A DNA stretch of 64,000 nucleotides, taken from positions 422,002 through 486,001 of the forward strand of contig DYGS01000001.1 in the NCBI GenBank assembly GCA_020724585.1, read 5' to 3'. Below are positions 45,956 to 56,734 of the stretch, one piece after another. The first letter of the stretch is position 1. The number at the start of each line of letters is the position of its first letter. Below the pieces are notes generated by a model, which ran no database searches, was not told the origin of the DNA, and was given only the letters and a program-made list of their open reading frames with translations. This stretch comes from Candidatus Microgenomatus sp. GTDB lineage: Bacteria; Patescibacteriota; Microgenomatia; UBA8517. The position numbers were made by a program, and so were the translations under genes.

Positions 45956-47890
45956 ATGAATCTTAATGATTCAGTTTCAATCTTACCATTTGTAGGTGAA
46001 AGCTATCGAAAAAAATTAGAGAGAGTTGGGATAAAAACAGTTTTCGATCTTCTTCATCATATACCGCATCGGTACATAGATTTTTCTAAATTTACCAAAA
46101 TCAAAGATATTAAAGAAGGTGAGTTAATTTCAGTCGCGGGAGAAATTATTTCTATCAAAAACCAACCCACAAAATCAGGAAAACTAATGCAAATAGGCAC
46201 TTTAAATGATGAAAGCGGTACTATTAGTTTAATTTGGTTTAACCAATTTTATTTAATTAAAGCTCTTCCTTCTGGAAGCCGTGTCATAATATCCGGCAAG
46301 GCTTCTTGGTTTAATAGAAAACTTGCTTTTTTTTCTCCTCAATACGAAAAAATGGACTATGACCATGAAACTGTTCACACCGGGAAGCTCATTGGAGTGT
46401 ATCCTTTAACTTCAGGCATTTCTAACAAATGGTTGAAAGCTAGAATCAATTTTGCCCTTAAAAAAATTAAAATTGATGATTTTTTGGGTAAAAAAACTTT
46501 AAAAAAATATAATTTATTAGATTTTAACGATTCAATTAATAAAATTCACTTTCCCAAAAGTTTAGAAGATATCGAAAAAGCCAAAGAAAGATTAAGTCTT
46601 AATGAATTTTATAATTTGCTTCTTGAGTCTAAAAAACGAAGGGAGAAATTGACCAAAAAGAAAAGTATTAGATTAACAGTTGATAATAAGCTACTCGATG
46701 AATTTATTAACTCACTGCCTTTTAAATTGACTTCTTCGCAGGAAAGAGCAGTTGCAGAAATACTTAGTGATTTGGACAAAAAAACACCAATGAATAGACT
46801 ACTGCAGGGTGATGTGGGCAGCGGTAAAACAATAGTCGCCGCAATTTCTGCATTTGTTGCATTTTTAAACGGCTATCAGACAGTTATAATGGCCCCAACA
46901 CAAATACTTGCCAATCAACACTACGAATTATTTAAAAAATTATTTCCAAAAATCGAAATTTCACTTGTAACTTCTAACAGCATAAAGCATACAGCATATA
47001 GCAATATCATAGTTGGCACGCATGCACTTTTAAATAAAGTCGATGAATTTAAGAAAATCGGCTTAATTGTAATTGACGAACAGCATAAATTTGGAGTTAA
47101 ACAAATAGAATTATTAACAAAATCTACAAAATTTCGTGCAAACAGGCTAACAATGACAGCAACGCCGATCCCGAGGACTATTGCTAAAACTTTGTTTTCT
47201 GATATGGATTTGTCTGTTCTTGACGAGATGCCTCAAAATAGAAGACAAGTTAAAACCTGGCTTGTACCAAATGAGAAGCGAGAAAAGGCTTACGAATGGA
47301 TTGGTTCACAAATCACAAATCATAAATCACAATGCTTTATCATATGTCCTTTAGTTGAAGAATCTGAAAGCGAGACTCTAAAAGACATAAAATCTGTAAA
47401 AAGTGAATTTATAAAACTAAAAACTGTTTTTAAAAATTTTAAATTAGGATTATTGCATGGAAAACTCAAAGAAAAAGAAAAAAACGCAGTCCTGAGCGAG
47501 TTTACGAGTCGAAGGATTGATATTTTGGTTTCAACTCCCGTGGTTGAAGTTGGCATTGATATTCCAAATGCAAATATAATATTGATTGAAGCAGCGGACA
47601 GATTTGGCCTGGCTGGACTTCATCAGCTTCGAGGTCGAGTGGGTAGGGGAGATAAAGAAAGTTATTGTTTGCTGTTTTCTGAAAATGAATCAGAAAAAGC
47701 CAGAAAGAGGCTTACAGCCTTAACTAAAATTAATTCCGGTTTCAAGCTTGCGGAGCTCGATTTAAAACTTCGAGGAGCCGGTGAAGTATTAGGCATTAAA
47801 CAGCACGGCGTGGGGGAGCTTAAAATTGCAGACTGGTCACAAACCAAATTAATTAATATTGCAAAAGAAATATTAGAATCCAGTAGCTAG
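45956..47890 (+). CDS. recG: ATP-dependent DNA helicase RecG
   Basis: Wedge/OB N-terminus; helicase motifs GDVGSGKT, DEQHKFGV, QLRGRVGRG. Confidence 0.85.
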   Translation: MNLNDSVSILPFVGESYRKKLERVGIKTVFDLLHHIPHRYIDFSKFTKIKDIKEGELISVAGEIISIKNQPTKSGKLMQIGTLNDESGTISLIWFNQFYLIKALPSGSRVIISGKASWFNRKLAFFSPQYEKMDYDHETVHTGKLIGVYPLTSGISNKWLKARINFALKKIKIDDFLGKKTLKKYNLLDFNDSINKIHFPKSLEDIEKAKERLSLNEFYNLLLESKKRREKLTKKKSIRLTVDNKLLDEFINSLPFKLTSSQERAVAEILSDLDKKTPMNRLLQGDVGSGKTIVAAISAFVAFLNGYQTVIMAPTQILANQHYELFKKLFPKIEISLVTSNSIKHTAYSNIIVGTHALLNKVDEFKKIGLIVIDEQHKFGVKQIELLTKSTKFRANRLTMTATPIPRTIAKTLFSDMDLSVLDEMPQNRRQVKTWLVPNEKREKAYEWIGSQITNHKSQCFIICPLVEESESETLKDIKSVKSEFIKLKTVFKNFKLGLLHGKLKEKEKNAVLSEFTSRRIDILVSTPVVEVGIDIPNANIILIEAADRFGLAGLHQLRGRVGRGDKESYCLLFSENESEKARKRLTALTKINSGFKLAELDLKLRGAGEVLGIKQHGVGELKIADWSQTKLINIAKEILESSS

Positions 47891-47957
47891 TACTGCTAAT
47901 TTAGCATTCGTTTTTTTAGCATTTGAATTTTCCGCAACTTTGCCTTAAAATTGCGTT

Positions 47958-48113
47958 ATGGCTCCGCTTCCTAAGAAAAAACATAGTCACGGCAGGACTG
48001 CCCGAAGAAGAAGTGTGTTCAAGGCTTTTGCTGTTGAATCATCGAAATGTCCGTCATGCGGTAAGCTAAAAGAACTTCACAAAGCATGCCCCCACTGTGG
48101 CTTCTACAAATAA
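47958..48113 (+). CDS. rpmF: ribosomal protein L32 (51 aa; not in the ORF track)
   Basis: MAPLPKKKHSHGRTARRR...CPSCGKLKELHKACPHCGFYK zinc-ribbon pattern typical of L32. Confidence 0.7.
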   Translation: MAPLPKKKHSHGRTARRRSVFKAFAVESSKCPSCGKLKELHKACPHCGFYK

Positions 48114-48154
48114 TGACTCATCACTTTTTCCTAATTTCCTAGTATACTTGTTTT

Positions 48155-48532
48155 ATGAAAACTGCAACTGATCCAAGACACTTGAAAAGAAGGGCTATTT
48201 TAAAATCTTTATTTGCTCAAAGTTTTACTAAACAAAATAATTTAGGAGAAGATGTTAAAAAAATTTTGAAAAAGACAAAAAAATTAAATAAAATTATTAC
48301 CGATTCTGCTCCAACTTGGCCGATTGAAAAAATAAACAAAATCGACCTTGCAATATTGCACTTGTCTATTTACGAACTCTTGGAGGGGAAAACTCCCCCT
48401 AAAGTAGTTATAGATGAAGCTGTTGAGCTGGGCAAGGAATTTGGGTCTGAATCATCGGGAGGTTTTGTAAATGGAGTCTTGGGAACGGTTTATGATACAT
48501 TAATTCAAAAGAAAGATGAAAAAAATAACTAA
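48155..48532 (+). CDS. nusB: transcription antitermination factor NusB
   Basis: NusB-like helical protein, RRAIL...LAILHLSIYELL. Confidence 0.7.
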   Translation: MKTATDPRHLKRRAILKSLFAQSFTKQNNLGEDVKKILKKTKKLNKIITDSAPTWPIEKINKIDLAILHLSIYELLEGKTPPKVVIDEAVELGKEFGSESSGGFVNGVLGTVYDTLIQKKDEKNN

Positions 48533-49208
48533 TATTGAGTCTACTTTTAAAAATAAAGCGTTATTTCTGCAAGCTTTGACTCATAGAAGCTGGGTTAACG
48601 AAAACGACAAAAAAAGAGGCACCAATGAGAGATTGGAATTTTTAGGAGATGCCATACTAGAATTTATCGTTTCAAAAAAGCTCTATTCTAAATTCCCTGA
48701 CAAAGAAGAGGGCTATTTAACCGCCCTTCGAGCCAATCTGGTAAACACCAAAAACTTATATGATGTTGCAGAAAAAATCGGGTTAGGAGAAAAAATATTT
48801 CTTTCCAAAGGTGAAGAAGATGGCGGAGGGAGAAATAACCCATCGCTGTTGGCCGACACGGTTGAGGCAATAATTGGGGCTTTATTTATAGATTCAGGGC
48901 TAACAAAAGCTGAGGAATTTATCAAAGAAAATATTTTAGTAGACCTTGATAAAAGAGCCAAAGCTCCTCTTAAAGACCCTAAAAGTCTTCTTCAAGAAGT
49001 GATTCAGGCTCAAAAATTGCCCGCACCAAAATATAGCGTGATAGATGAAATTGGACCGGATCACGACAAAAAGTTTACAGTTGAAGTAATAATCGATGAT
49101 AATAGACGGGCCAAAGGCGAGGGACGGAGTAAAAGTGAGGCAGAACAAATGGCAGCCAAAAACGCTCTATCTTCATATTGTGAAATCGAACTTGATAATA
49201 TAAAATAG
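48516..49208 (+). CDS. rnc: ribonuclease III
   Basis: Signature ERLEFLGDAILEFIVS plus C-terminal dsRBD. Confidence 0.9.
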   Translation: MKKITNIESTFKNKALFLQALTHRSWVNENDKKRGTNERLEFLGDAILEFIVSKKLYSKFPDKEEGYLTALRANLVNTKNLYDVAEKIGLGEKIFLSKGEEDGGGRNNPSLLADTVEAIIGALFIDSGLTKAEEFIKENILVDLDKRAKAPLKDPKSLLQEVIQAQKLPAPKYSVIDEIGPDHDKKFTVEVIIDDNRRAKGEGRSKSEAEQMAAKNALSSYCEIELDNIK

Positions 49209-49214
49209 CCATAT

Positions 49215-49442
49215 ATGTCAGTTAGTATTCGTCTTTCAAGAGTTGGTTCAAAAAATCATCCTTTTTACAGGGTAGTTGCTGTCACTACTAGGTCAAAAAG
49301 AGATGGTAAAAATCATGGAATTTTGGGCTCATATAACCCTAAAACCAAAAAATTGGAGCTTGACCAAAAACTCTATAGCGAGTGGGTTAAAAAAGGAGCA
49401 ATAGTTTCATCTGCTGTTTCTAAATTAATTAATCAAAAATGA
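49215..49442 (+). CDS. rpsP: ribosomal protein S16
   Basis: MSVSIRLSRVGSKNHPFYRVVA. Confidence 0.9.
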   Translation: MSVSIRLSRVGSKNHPFYRVVAVTTRSKRDGKNHGILGSYNPKTKKLELDQKLYSEWVKKGAIVSSAVSKLINQK

Positions 49443-49672
49443 AAGAACTACTGGAATTTATTATCAAAAACATTTTAGGTGAGGGAGTCAAGTTTGAAGT
49501 CTTGGAGGAAGATGACGGCAATCTAGTTAAATTGACTGTTAAAACTCCGCCGGATGCAGGTGGGTTAATAATTGGAAAGCAGGGCAAAATTATAAAAGCT
49601 ATAAAAAATATACTAAAAATTAAAGCCGTTCTTCTTAAGAGAAAATTGATTCTTGAAGTTAACCCTTCTTAA
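49439..49672 (+). CDS. KH-domain RNA-binding protein (YlqC-like)
   Basis: GLIIGKQGKIIKAIKNIL; position after rpsP. Confidence 0.7.
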   Translation: MKELLEFIIKNILGEGVKFEVLEEDDGNLVKLTVKTPPDAGGLIIGKQGKIIKAIKNILKIKAVLLKRKLILEVNPS

Positions 49673-50352
49673 ATCCCGAAAGGGTCACTGCGGCTTTCAA
49701 CATTACCTACATTACTAGACGGCTCAATAAAGGCAGGCAAGAAATAGCTACTAAGCTCTAAAAGCAAATCAATTTCAGCCTTGCTAAGCTCGCTAGGAGC
49801 AGAATTTAAAGACGGCAGTTTTTTAGGTAAATCAGCAGAATATATGTTAAGTGTTATATTAGCCAACAAAAAATCAGCGTTCTTACTCATACTGACCTTA
49901 TCTATACTCATGAGCGGCAAAGTTTTGGAAAACGACTCAAGCAAACTATAGATTCCTGCCTCGCTGCCTTGAGCATCAAAACTAACGGTATTTCTAAAGA
50001 CGCCATCATCAGGAACTTGTGTGCCGCTTTTGATATTTGTCAAAGAAACTCCATTTCTAGCCGCTTGCAATTTTATCTGACTAATTCCATAAAGAACGGG
50101 TGTCCGACTGGGCAGGGCAATGTCTATAAAAGTAATATCTCCAGGTAGAACATCAACGACTTTTTCCAATACTGTTATTTTTTGGGATAATATCCGATTG
50201 GTAGTTTCAATTTGTTGTATTTCCTCTCTAACTGACGATATCCGATTATAACTCGTCAAAAGGGCACCTATTAGTAGTGCCAAAAAAATAAGCACGATCA
50301 AAAGTGGCTTGGCAAGGTAGGTTAATTCCGTTTTTAGATTGTAATCTTTCAT
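49669..50352 (-). CDS. type IV pilus assembly protein PilO-like
   Basis: Short N-terminus, TM, coiled coil, periplasmic domain; follows the pilM/pilN-like genes. Confidence 0.4.
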   Translation of the reverse strand: MKDYNLKTELTYLAKPLLIVLIFLALLIGALLTSYNRISSVREEIQQIETTNRILSQKITVLEKVVDVLPGDITFIDIALPSRTPVLYGISQIKLQAARNGVSLTNIKSGTQVPDDGVFRNTVSFDAQGSEAGIYSLLESFSKTLPLMSIDKVSMSKNADFLLANITLNIYSADLPKKLPSLNSAPSELSKAEIDLLLELSSYFLPAFIEPSSNVGNVESRSDPFGI

Positions 50353-50367
50353 ATTTTTTAGTTAAAA

Positions 50368-50898
50368 CTATTCAAATAATAAACTTAAAATATATCCGCT
50401 TCCAGGATTAAATCCAAGCGAAGAAAGTGATATATTTTCATAAGTCTTGGTGGCTTTTAAAAAAGAGAATATTAAAGATAGGGCATTTGTAGTGCGTGAA
50501 ATAAGTGATATTTCGGATGATTTTGAGTCCAAGCTTATTTCTGAAAAACTAACATCAGGGTTGCCCGCCATTGCATCCGAAAATTTTCTAAATTCCAAAA
50601 CATCGTCTGAAAGAGACTCATTTGCTCTTATCTTTGTTATTTTGGCTATCCTGTCTTTAGCTAAAAACAATCTCTGCTCGCTCTGTTGTAGACTGCCAAC
50701 TCTCTGCTTTAAATTATTCTCGGCAAATTTTAGGTCGTTTAGCTTAAATGAATAAAAAATCAATATTCCAATTGTTGTAAGTATCGTAATAACCAATAAA
50801 ATGCCCAAAAAAATTGAAATTTTCGAAATTATAGCAGAAGTTTTTACAATCTGTGGAGGAACTGATAACTCTTTGGGAATTAAATTTATCTTCCTCAT
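50368..50898 (-). CDS. type IV pilus assembly protein PilN-like
   Basis: Single TM plus coiled coil; position after pilM. Confidence 0.4.
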   Translation of the reverse strand: MRKINLIPKELSVPPQIVKTSAIISKISIFLGILLVITILTTIGILIFYSFKLNDLKFAENNLKQRVGSLQQSEQRLFLAKDRIAKITKIRANESLSDDVLEFRKFSDAMAGNPDVSFSEISLDSKSSEISLISRTTNALSLIFSFLKATKTYENISLSSLGFNPGSGYILSLLFE

Positions 50899-50901
50899 AA
50901 T

Positions 50902-51909
50902 TTATTCCTCCCTCATGGCAAGCCCAACCGCAGTTGAATAAAGCGATAGATACGGTGCCATTGCTTTAACGGTTTCGGGGTCTAGAGACACCTTGGCAAA
51001 AGGATTCCCAAAAATGGTTTCGATGCCCAATTTTTCGGTTAAATAGGGAACTATATCTGGCATTGTTGAAGCACCACCGGTAATCAAAATTGAACTCGGC
51101 AATTCGCCTTTTTCCTCTGTCTGATAAAAATGTATAGCCTTTTTGACTTCATCTACAACCAAAGAAAATACAGGATCCAGCGCGGCCTTAACTTTCCCCT
51201 CAAGTTGAGTTGAAGATAATCCATATGTCTTTTTATATCCCTCGGCCTGCCCAAGGTTGATATTTAATCCTTGAGCAACAGCTCGAGTAAAGGCATCTCC
51301 GGCAACTGGGATTGATCTTGTAAACACCAGCATTCCATTTTTAACAATTGACATATCGGTTGCAGACGATCCTAAATCAAGAATCAAAAAAATCCCATCA
51401 TTTGACGCCAAAGCCCTGGCCGTTGCCGTTAACTCCGTTTCGGCGAAAACAGGTGTTAGGTCCGCAAGGCGCATAACCTTTACATATTTTTCAACGACTG
51501 CCTTGGGCGCAGCCATTAATAATACTGAAGTTGAATTTGTTTTGTCATTTTTTTCTAAGATCATGTATTCGACCACAGCCTCATTTATTGGTATGGGAAC
51601 ATATTGCTCGGCTTCCCATTTGACGGCTGCAGAAACCTCTTCATCTGAAAGTAGAGGGAATTTGATAACTCTAGTAAAAACACTTGATTCGGGAAGAGAT
51701 AAATTAACTTCTTTTGAAGATATCCCGATTTGTTTTACCATCTTAGCAAGAACATCAGATATTGCTTGAAGTTCCTTCTCATCAGTTGCCTTATCTGGGG
51801 AAATCCCAACAAAACCAACAGCGCCTGAGGCTTTTAAAACCCAAGCCTCGCCTGATCTTGCAAGTTCAATAACTTTTATACTCTTAGTTCCTATATCTAT
51901 TCCAACCAT
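50902..51909 (-). CDS. pilM: type IV pilus assembly ATPase-fold protein PilM
   Basis: Actin-like fold; N-terminus GIDIGTKSIKVIEL. Confidence 0.65.
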   Translation of the reverse strand: MVGIDIGTKSIKVIELARSGEAWVLKASGAVGFVGISPDKATDEKELQAISDVLAKMVKQIGISSKEVNLSLPESSVFTRVIKFPLLSDEEVSAAVKWEAEQYVPIPINEAVVEYMILEKNDKTNSTSVLLMAAPKAVVEKYVKVMRLADLTPVFAETELTATARALASNDGIFLILDLGSSATDMSIVKNGMLVFTRSIPVAGDAFTRAVAQGLNINLGQAEGYKKTYGLSSTQLEGKVKAALDPVFSLVVDEVKKAIHFYQTEEKGELPSSILITGGASTMPDIVPYLTEKLGIETIFGNPFAKVSLDPETVKAMAPYLSLYSTAVGLAMREE

Positions 51910-51956
51910 ATGAGCAGTTTACCTAACACCTGACACTTGATACATGATACATGATA

Positions 51957-52796
51957 CTATTTAGTTATTCCACCCGAACTAAATATTACATTTTCAAAAA
52001 TCGGTGGGGCTACAGGGTGGAGTTCGTAAAGCTCAATTCGCCTATTGGCCGATCCAAAAGACCCTTGTGAATCAACCAAAAATCCTTGAGAGGGTAGCAC
52101 TGAACCTGAAGCAGAGACATCTATACCAACCTTGTGGGTAGCATCTGTGTTATAAACTAATCTAGCTTTGGCATATTGCAGCTGCCCTGTAAATGAACTA
52201 AAGGAAATATTTGAAAAAAATTGAAAATCCTCACCACCAACGCTGCAGCCTGTTGTTTGGGCTGAATTAAAATTGTTCTGCAGGATTCTTGCCGAATTTG
52301 GGTCAAGAGTCGCTCTTGCAATCCTTAAAGTTGAAAGATCATTTGGGGAGACAGCATAAACAATTGTCAGTTCAAGTGCGGGGGTTTGAGAATCACCATT
52401 TGGGCTACCCGAATTGCCCCAACAAATTTTCATTTGATCTCCGGTGAAATCAGGTTCATTTGGCCTGGCAAACCAAAAGGTTGCAGACTGGCCGGACTTT
52501 AAAGCTATTGGGTAGGTAACCTCCGTTTCACCTTGGGCAAAAGAACTTATTTTTGCATTAAAACTGGCATCTCCAACCGTTACATTTCCCGTATCGCTTC
52601 CAATAATTAATGCTCTTTCAATGCCTGCCTCGGCCGCCGAAAAAGCTCTTAGGGCCTCCTCATCCTTTGTTGAAAGAGAAATATCTGTTATTGATCTTGA
52701 TACTATATACAAAACAATAATTAAAACAACAGAAAGAGATAAAAGAACAACTAAAAGCGCCTGCCCCCTAATCAGTTTTTCATTCTTTTTATTCAT
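51957..52796 (-). CDS. PilX-like minor pilin / pilus-associated protein
   Basis: N-terminus LIRGQALLVVLLSLSVVLIIV...AFSAAEAGIERAL resembles the PilX_N domain. Confidence 0.4.
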   Translation of the reverse strand: MNKKNEKLIRGQALLVVLLSLSVVLIIVLYIVSRSITDISLSTKDEEALRAFSAAEAGIERALIIGSDTGNVTVGDASFNAKISSFAQGETEVTYPIALKSGQSATFWFARPNEPDFTGDQMKICWGNSGSPNGDSQTPALELTIVYAVSPNDLSTLRIARATLDPNSARILQNNFNSAQTTGCSVGGEDFQFFSNISFSSFTGQLQYAKARLVYNTDATHKVGIDVSASGSVLPSQGFLVDSQGSFGSANRRIELYELHPVAPPIFENVIFSSGGITK

Positions 52797-53039
52797 TAAT
52801 TAATAGTAGCAAATTACAAATTATTTAACAAATGATAACTTTACAAAATATAATATACTTAAATTAAATGAAAACTAAAGTATTAAAAGATACAAAAATT
52901 ACAGTTGAAGAGCTGAAATAACATCCCAACAAGGGAGGTTTTTTCTTTAAATGTGATATAATTTATAATAGAAGTACTAAACTAGAAGGCGAGAAGATAA
53001 CTAGAAAGCAAGTTTTATCCATATTTAAAAATAGAATTA

Positions 53040-53591
53040 ATGAAAAAAGGAGCAACATCCTTCAAAGATACCAAGTCTAGAAGTTTGACTTCTAAAACAT
53101 ATGCTTTCATCGACGCCTCAAATATTATTTATGGAGCAAAAGATGAAGGTTGGCTGATTGATCAGAAAAAACTAATTAAATATTTAAGATCTAAATTTAA
53201 TATTTCGAAGGCATTTTTCTATTTTGGAAAAGATAGCAAAAATGAGAAACAAACCAAATTTTTAAAAATTCTAGGACAATTTGGATACACACTCAGAGTT
53301 AAAGAAATAAAAAGATATTATAAAAAAACTAAAGCCAATTGTGATGTTGACCTTACAATGGACATGTTGATACTAAAAAACGAATACTCTGGTGCAGTTG
53401 TACTTTCAGGAGATGGCGATTTTTTACCATTATTTAAGTATTTAGAGAGTAGGAAGAAGAAAATTATCATCATTGCCTTTTCCAGAAAAACATCAAGGGA
53501 TATTAAACGCTTTGCAAAAACTAACTTTATTGCACTTGAAAACCAAAGATATTTAATTGAAAGGAAACCAAAAAAATGGGGAGGACCCTAA
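53040..53591 (+). CDS. NYN-domain (LabA/DUF88-like, PIN-like fold) protein
   Basis: AFIDASN...CDVDLTMDML...VVLSGDGDF. Confidence 0.6.
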   Translation: MKKGATSFKDTKSRSLTSKTYAFIDASNIIYGAKDEGWLIDQKKLIKYLRSKFNISKAFFYFGKDSKNEKQTKFLKILGQFGYTLRVKEIKRYYKKTKANCDVDLTMDMLILKNEYSGAVVLSGDGDFLPLFKYLESRKKKIIIIAFSRKTSRDIKRFAKTNFIALENQRYLIERKPKKWGGP

Positions 53592-53798
53592 ATTAGGATT
53601 TCTCCCCGATGTTATGAGTATAAGTATATAACTAAGAATGAAGATTGTCAACATAGCCTATAATTATATAAAATACTTCAGAGTCTTATTAATTCCTACA
53701 CCCCATAATCTCTTGACAAATCAAAATATATCCTATATTATAATGCATGAGATATATTAATGTGTTTATTGACCGAATAGTTACAAACCTATAAAATT

Positions 53799-56210
53799 AT
53801 GGGCTTAGAAGTAATGAGAATTGAATCCAACATTAGGAAAAAGGGGAATCTTGAGCCAAACCTAAAAGGTTTTGGGAAAGATATTGCTTTGATTCAAAAA
53901 TATCTTACTCCAGAAGAAGCAACAGACTTGGTTTGGCACGCAAGAATTGCAAACGAAGTTGCCAGCAGAACAGTTAATGTTAGATTCCCCAAATCAATAC
54001 ATCCAAATGTCCATCTATTCAGTGTTATAAAAAATCTCGGCAATGAAGCAAAAGGATACGCAGTGCCAACTGATGAATTAGTCCCAAGAGTGATTTCTAA
54101 ATTAGCATTTCCAAATATAAACATAGACCCACCCGATGGTGTAGATAAACATGTCTTTAAAGCCAAGGCAACCGAAATAATTGATACAGCTAAGCGTTTT
54201 TATTACCTACAAGCATTGAGAGCTGTGCTTAAAAAAACTGGCAAACAAAGTGTGTTTGATGGAATGGGTACACAGTTAGAATTAAGCGAAACAGATCTTA
54301 ATACTCTAATTCAAGAAACTGAAAATGCAATACAAACAAAATTTAATGCCTTAGCGTCTATTTCTTCTGGTTTAACCCCAGTAAAAATTGTCAACGACGA
54401 TGAGTTTACGCGAAAAGCACTTAAGCAGATAGGGGGATTGCCTAAATTACAAAAAGTTGAGGGGACTCGGACTAAAACACACGTCTTCCAATTTTCAAAC
54501 AGCGGGTTAGAGGATGTAAGAAGTGCAATCATTACTAGACACCAAAGAAATAGAAATATTAAGATTGGTGTTGGTGTTGCTGTGCCAGCTGGTGCGGTGG
54601 CTATATGTGCAATTGGCAACCTAAGACCACCCGAAATAACACCAGCCCCACGAGCCACAACAACCTCAGAAGAAGAAAATGGGAATAATTATCCACAAGT
54701 TGAAGCTGCTTCAACAGAAAATGGGCAATTATTACTTGATTATTGTAATACAGCTTATGCAAACTATTGTACAGAAAACGGTATTACATTGGAAAACACT
54801 AAAGGCGCTTACTTTGGAGACGGTAACTTTTTATTTAATCTTGTTGATAATCAAAGTAGAAATTATTTTTGGTACATAACTGGCTATTCTGAAATTCAAC
54901 CGCTAGATTTTGGCATTGATATAGAAGGAAATTTCTATTTAGGGCCAAAATTAAACACTTATGGGTCAATTAAACCAAGACCTGATCAGATTCTGAAATA
55001 TTTCACCTGGAATCCAAATCAAACAGATAAAAATGGGGGGATCATCATTATTTATCAGCCAAGTGGTACACCAACCGACGCTAGGTATTTTATTTTACCC
55101 AAGGAAAGTAATATCCATGGGGTGATCAAAAACGCATCTTTAATTCCAATACAAACACCGGAATCTTCGATTATCACAGAAATCAAATCAAAACTTGAGG
55201 AAAATGAGACCTTCACCTTAAACGCCGATGGGCAGATCGAAATGCAAACCCCCGAAGGGATAGTCATCCTCCCTGGCATCACAATTTCCCCAGATGGCAA
55301 AATGACCGTTACCCATGATAACCAAACCTTTGAAGCCGACCCGCAGACTATTGAAATAGAAGGTCAAACCCTCTCCTTCAAATCTTTAGATGGCAAAACA
55401 TGGGTTTGGGACGGGGAGAGTTTGAAACAAACCCTTCTATCAAAAGAGATGTTGGACAGCGCAAAGAATTTTTTTGGTGAAGGCTTTGGGATAACCCCTG
55501 ATGGAAAAGTAATTGACAAAAATCTAGGTACCGAGATTCAAGGATTTACTATTGTCCCATTCAATGAACAAACAATGATACCTCCATATGGAAAAGAAGT
55601 TACTTGGGGCTGGCAAAGAGTTTATGAATTTGAAGGTAATCCTGATTTTACAGTTGTAGGAACTGAAGCGGATATTACCATTACTGAAGATGGAGGTCTT
55701 GACATGTATGCATGGGAATATAAAGATGGGGAATTTGCTAGACAAAAGGTTGAATTTGCAGCACCAAACAATGGAACAGTTGAACTAGAGGGCTTTTCAC
55801 CACATGAAGTACAATATATGATAATAAATAATAGCAGTGATGATCCAAAATACAAAGTTAATAGTTTTCAAGCCAGAAGGAGCCTAGGATTTAACATCCA
55901 ATCAGAAGTTGTAAATAGAACTATATATATCACACACAAAGGGATGTGGGAATCAATAGATGACTATTATAATTGGTACGGCAATAATTTTATACCAGTT
56001 TTAGATACTAACGGTAATTGGTCAAAAGTTGAAACAACAGAGTTTATGGTGTTTCCCGAATTTAAAGATAGAGGTAAAGCACTAGTTGTTTGGATGGGTA
56101 AAGATAACAAGCCTATTGTAGTTGTAATGGAAGGAAAATATTTAGAAATGCCTGAATATTTTAATCCATACTGGAAAAATCATGACATTGAAGATCCCTT
56201 CACCCCTTGA
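53799..56210 (+). CDS. large hypothetical protein (803 aa): about 240-aa N-terminal region, one predicted TM helix (IKIGVGVAVPAGAVAICAIGNL), about 530-aa C-terminal region rich in beta-type repeats
   Basis: Long uninterrupted ORF; no recognised motif. Confidence 0.5.
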   Translation: MGLEVMRIESNIRKKGNLEPNLKGFGKDIALIQKYLTPEEATDLVWHARIANEVASRTVNVRFPKSIHPNVHLFSVIKNLGNEAKGYAVPTDELVPRVISKLAFPNINIDPPDGVDKHVFKAKATEIIDTAKRFYYLQALRAVLKKTGKQSVFDGMGTQLELSETDLNTLIQETENAIQTKFNALASISSGLTPVKIVNDDEFTRKALKQIGGLPKLQKVEGTRTKTHVFQFSNSGLEDVRSAIITRHQRNRNIKIGVGVAVPAGAVAICAIGNLRPPEITPAPRATTTSEEENGNNYPQVEAASTENGQLLLDYCNTAYANYCTENGITLENTKGAYFGDGNFLFNLVDNQSRNYFWYITGYSEIQPLDFGIDIEGNFYLGPKLNTYGSIKPRPDQILKYFTWNPNQTDKNGGIIIIYQPSGTPTDARYFILPKESNIHGVIKNASLIPIQTPESSIITEIKSKLEENETFTLNADGQIEMQTPEGIVILPGITISPDGKMTVTHDNQTFEADPQTIEIEGQTLSFKSLDGKTWVWDGESLKQTLLSKEMLDSAKNFFGEGFGITPDGKVIDKNLGTEIQGFTIVPFNEQTMIPPYGKEVTWGWQRVYEFEGNPDFTVVGTEADITITEDGGLDMYAWEYKDGEFARQKVEFAAPNNGTVELEGFSPHEVQYMIINNSSDDPKYKVNSFQARRSLGFNIQSEVVNRTIYITHKGMWESIDDYYNWYGNNFIPVLDTNGNWSKVETTEFMVFPEFKDRGKALVVWMGKDNKPIVVVMEGKYLEMPEYFNPYWKNHDIEDPFTP

Positions 56211-56475
56211 CCTTTTGCAAAAAGTTCCGATAGTTCTTGACTTCATATATGTAGCTGCGCTAAACTACCTCAAGGCACCTTTATAGCGAGGCGCTGGCAA
56301 CGCAAAAGGCAAATCCTTAAAAATCTGTTTGCAGGGAGTTCTTCTTAGTTCTCAAAATCAGACTCTATCTCGTTTTTTTCCTCAACAGCGAGGAAACAAA
56401 CCAAACTTTTTAAGAAGGGCTGAGAAACCATGAGAAAAGAAGATCACACCACAAATTGATTTTTAAGCACAACAG

Positions 56476-56502
56476 ACCGCATGCAAGCGGTTTCCTTTTT
56501 TT
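56476..56502 (+). terminator. intrinsic terminator ACCGC-ATGCAA-GCGGT plus T-run
   Basis: Read in the sequence. Confidence 0.55.
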
Positions 56503-56518
56503 AAAAAAAGGAGAGTTA

Positions 56519-56734
56519 ATGCCCAATTCGCTCGGTGGTGGATCAGCTTTGAATCAGTTGTTGCAAGACAACCTTCCACAGCAGGTTGGTGTTCAAGCCA
56601 CGGTAATCACCCCTGTTCACAAGCAAGGAACAGAGGTGGATGCACAGCTTTACACCAAGCTCGACAACGGAAGATTCCAACTGACAGAGCACATTCACCT
56701 CAACACGGACCTTACACCCAAGCAAGTTCCGTAA
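56519..56734 (+). CDS. small GC-rich hypothetical protein (71 aa), MPNSLGGGSALNQLL...
   Basis: Strong RBS AAAGGAGAG; GC about 50%; followed by a nested-hairpin 3' region 56760-56835. Confidence 0.45.
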   Translation: MPNSLGGGSALNQLLQDNLPQQVGVQATVITPVHKQGTEVDAQLYTKLDNGRFQLTEHIHLNTDLTPKQVP

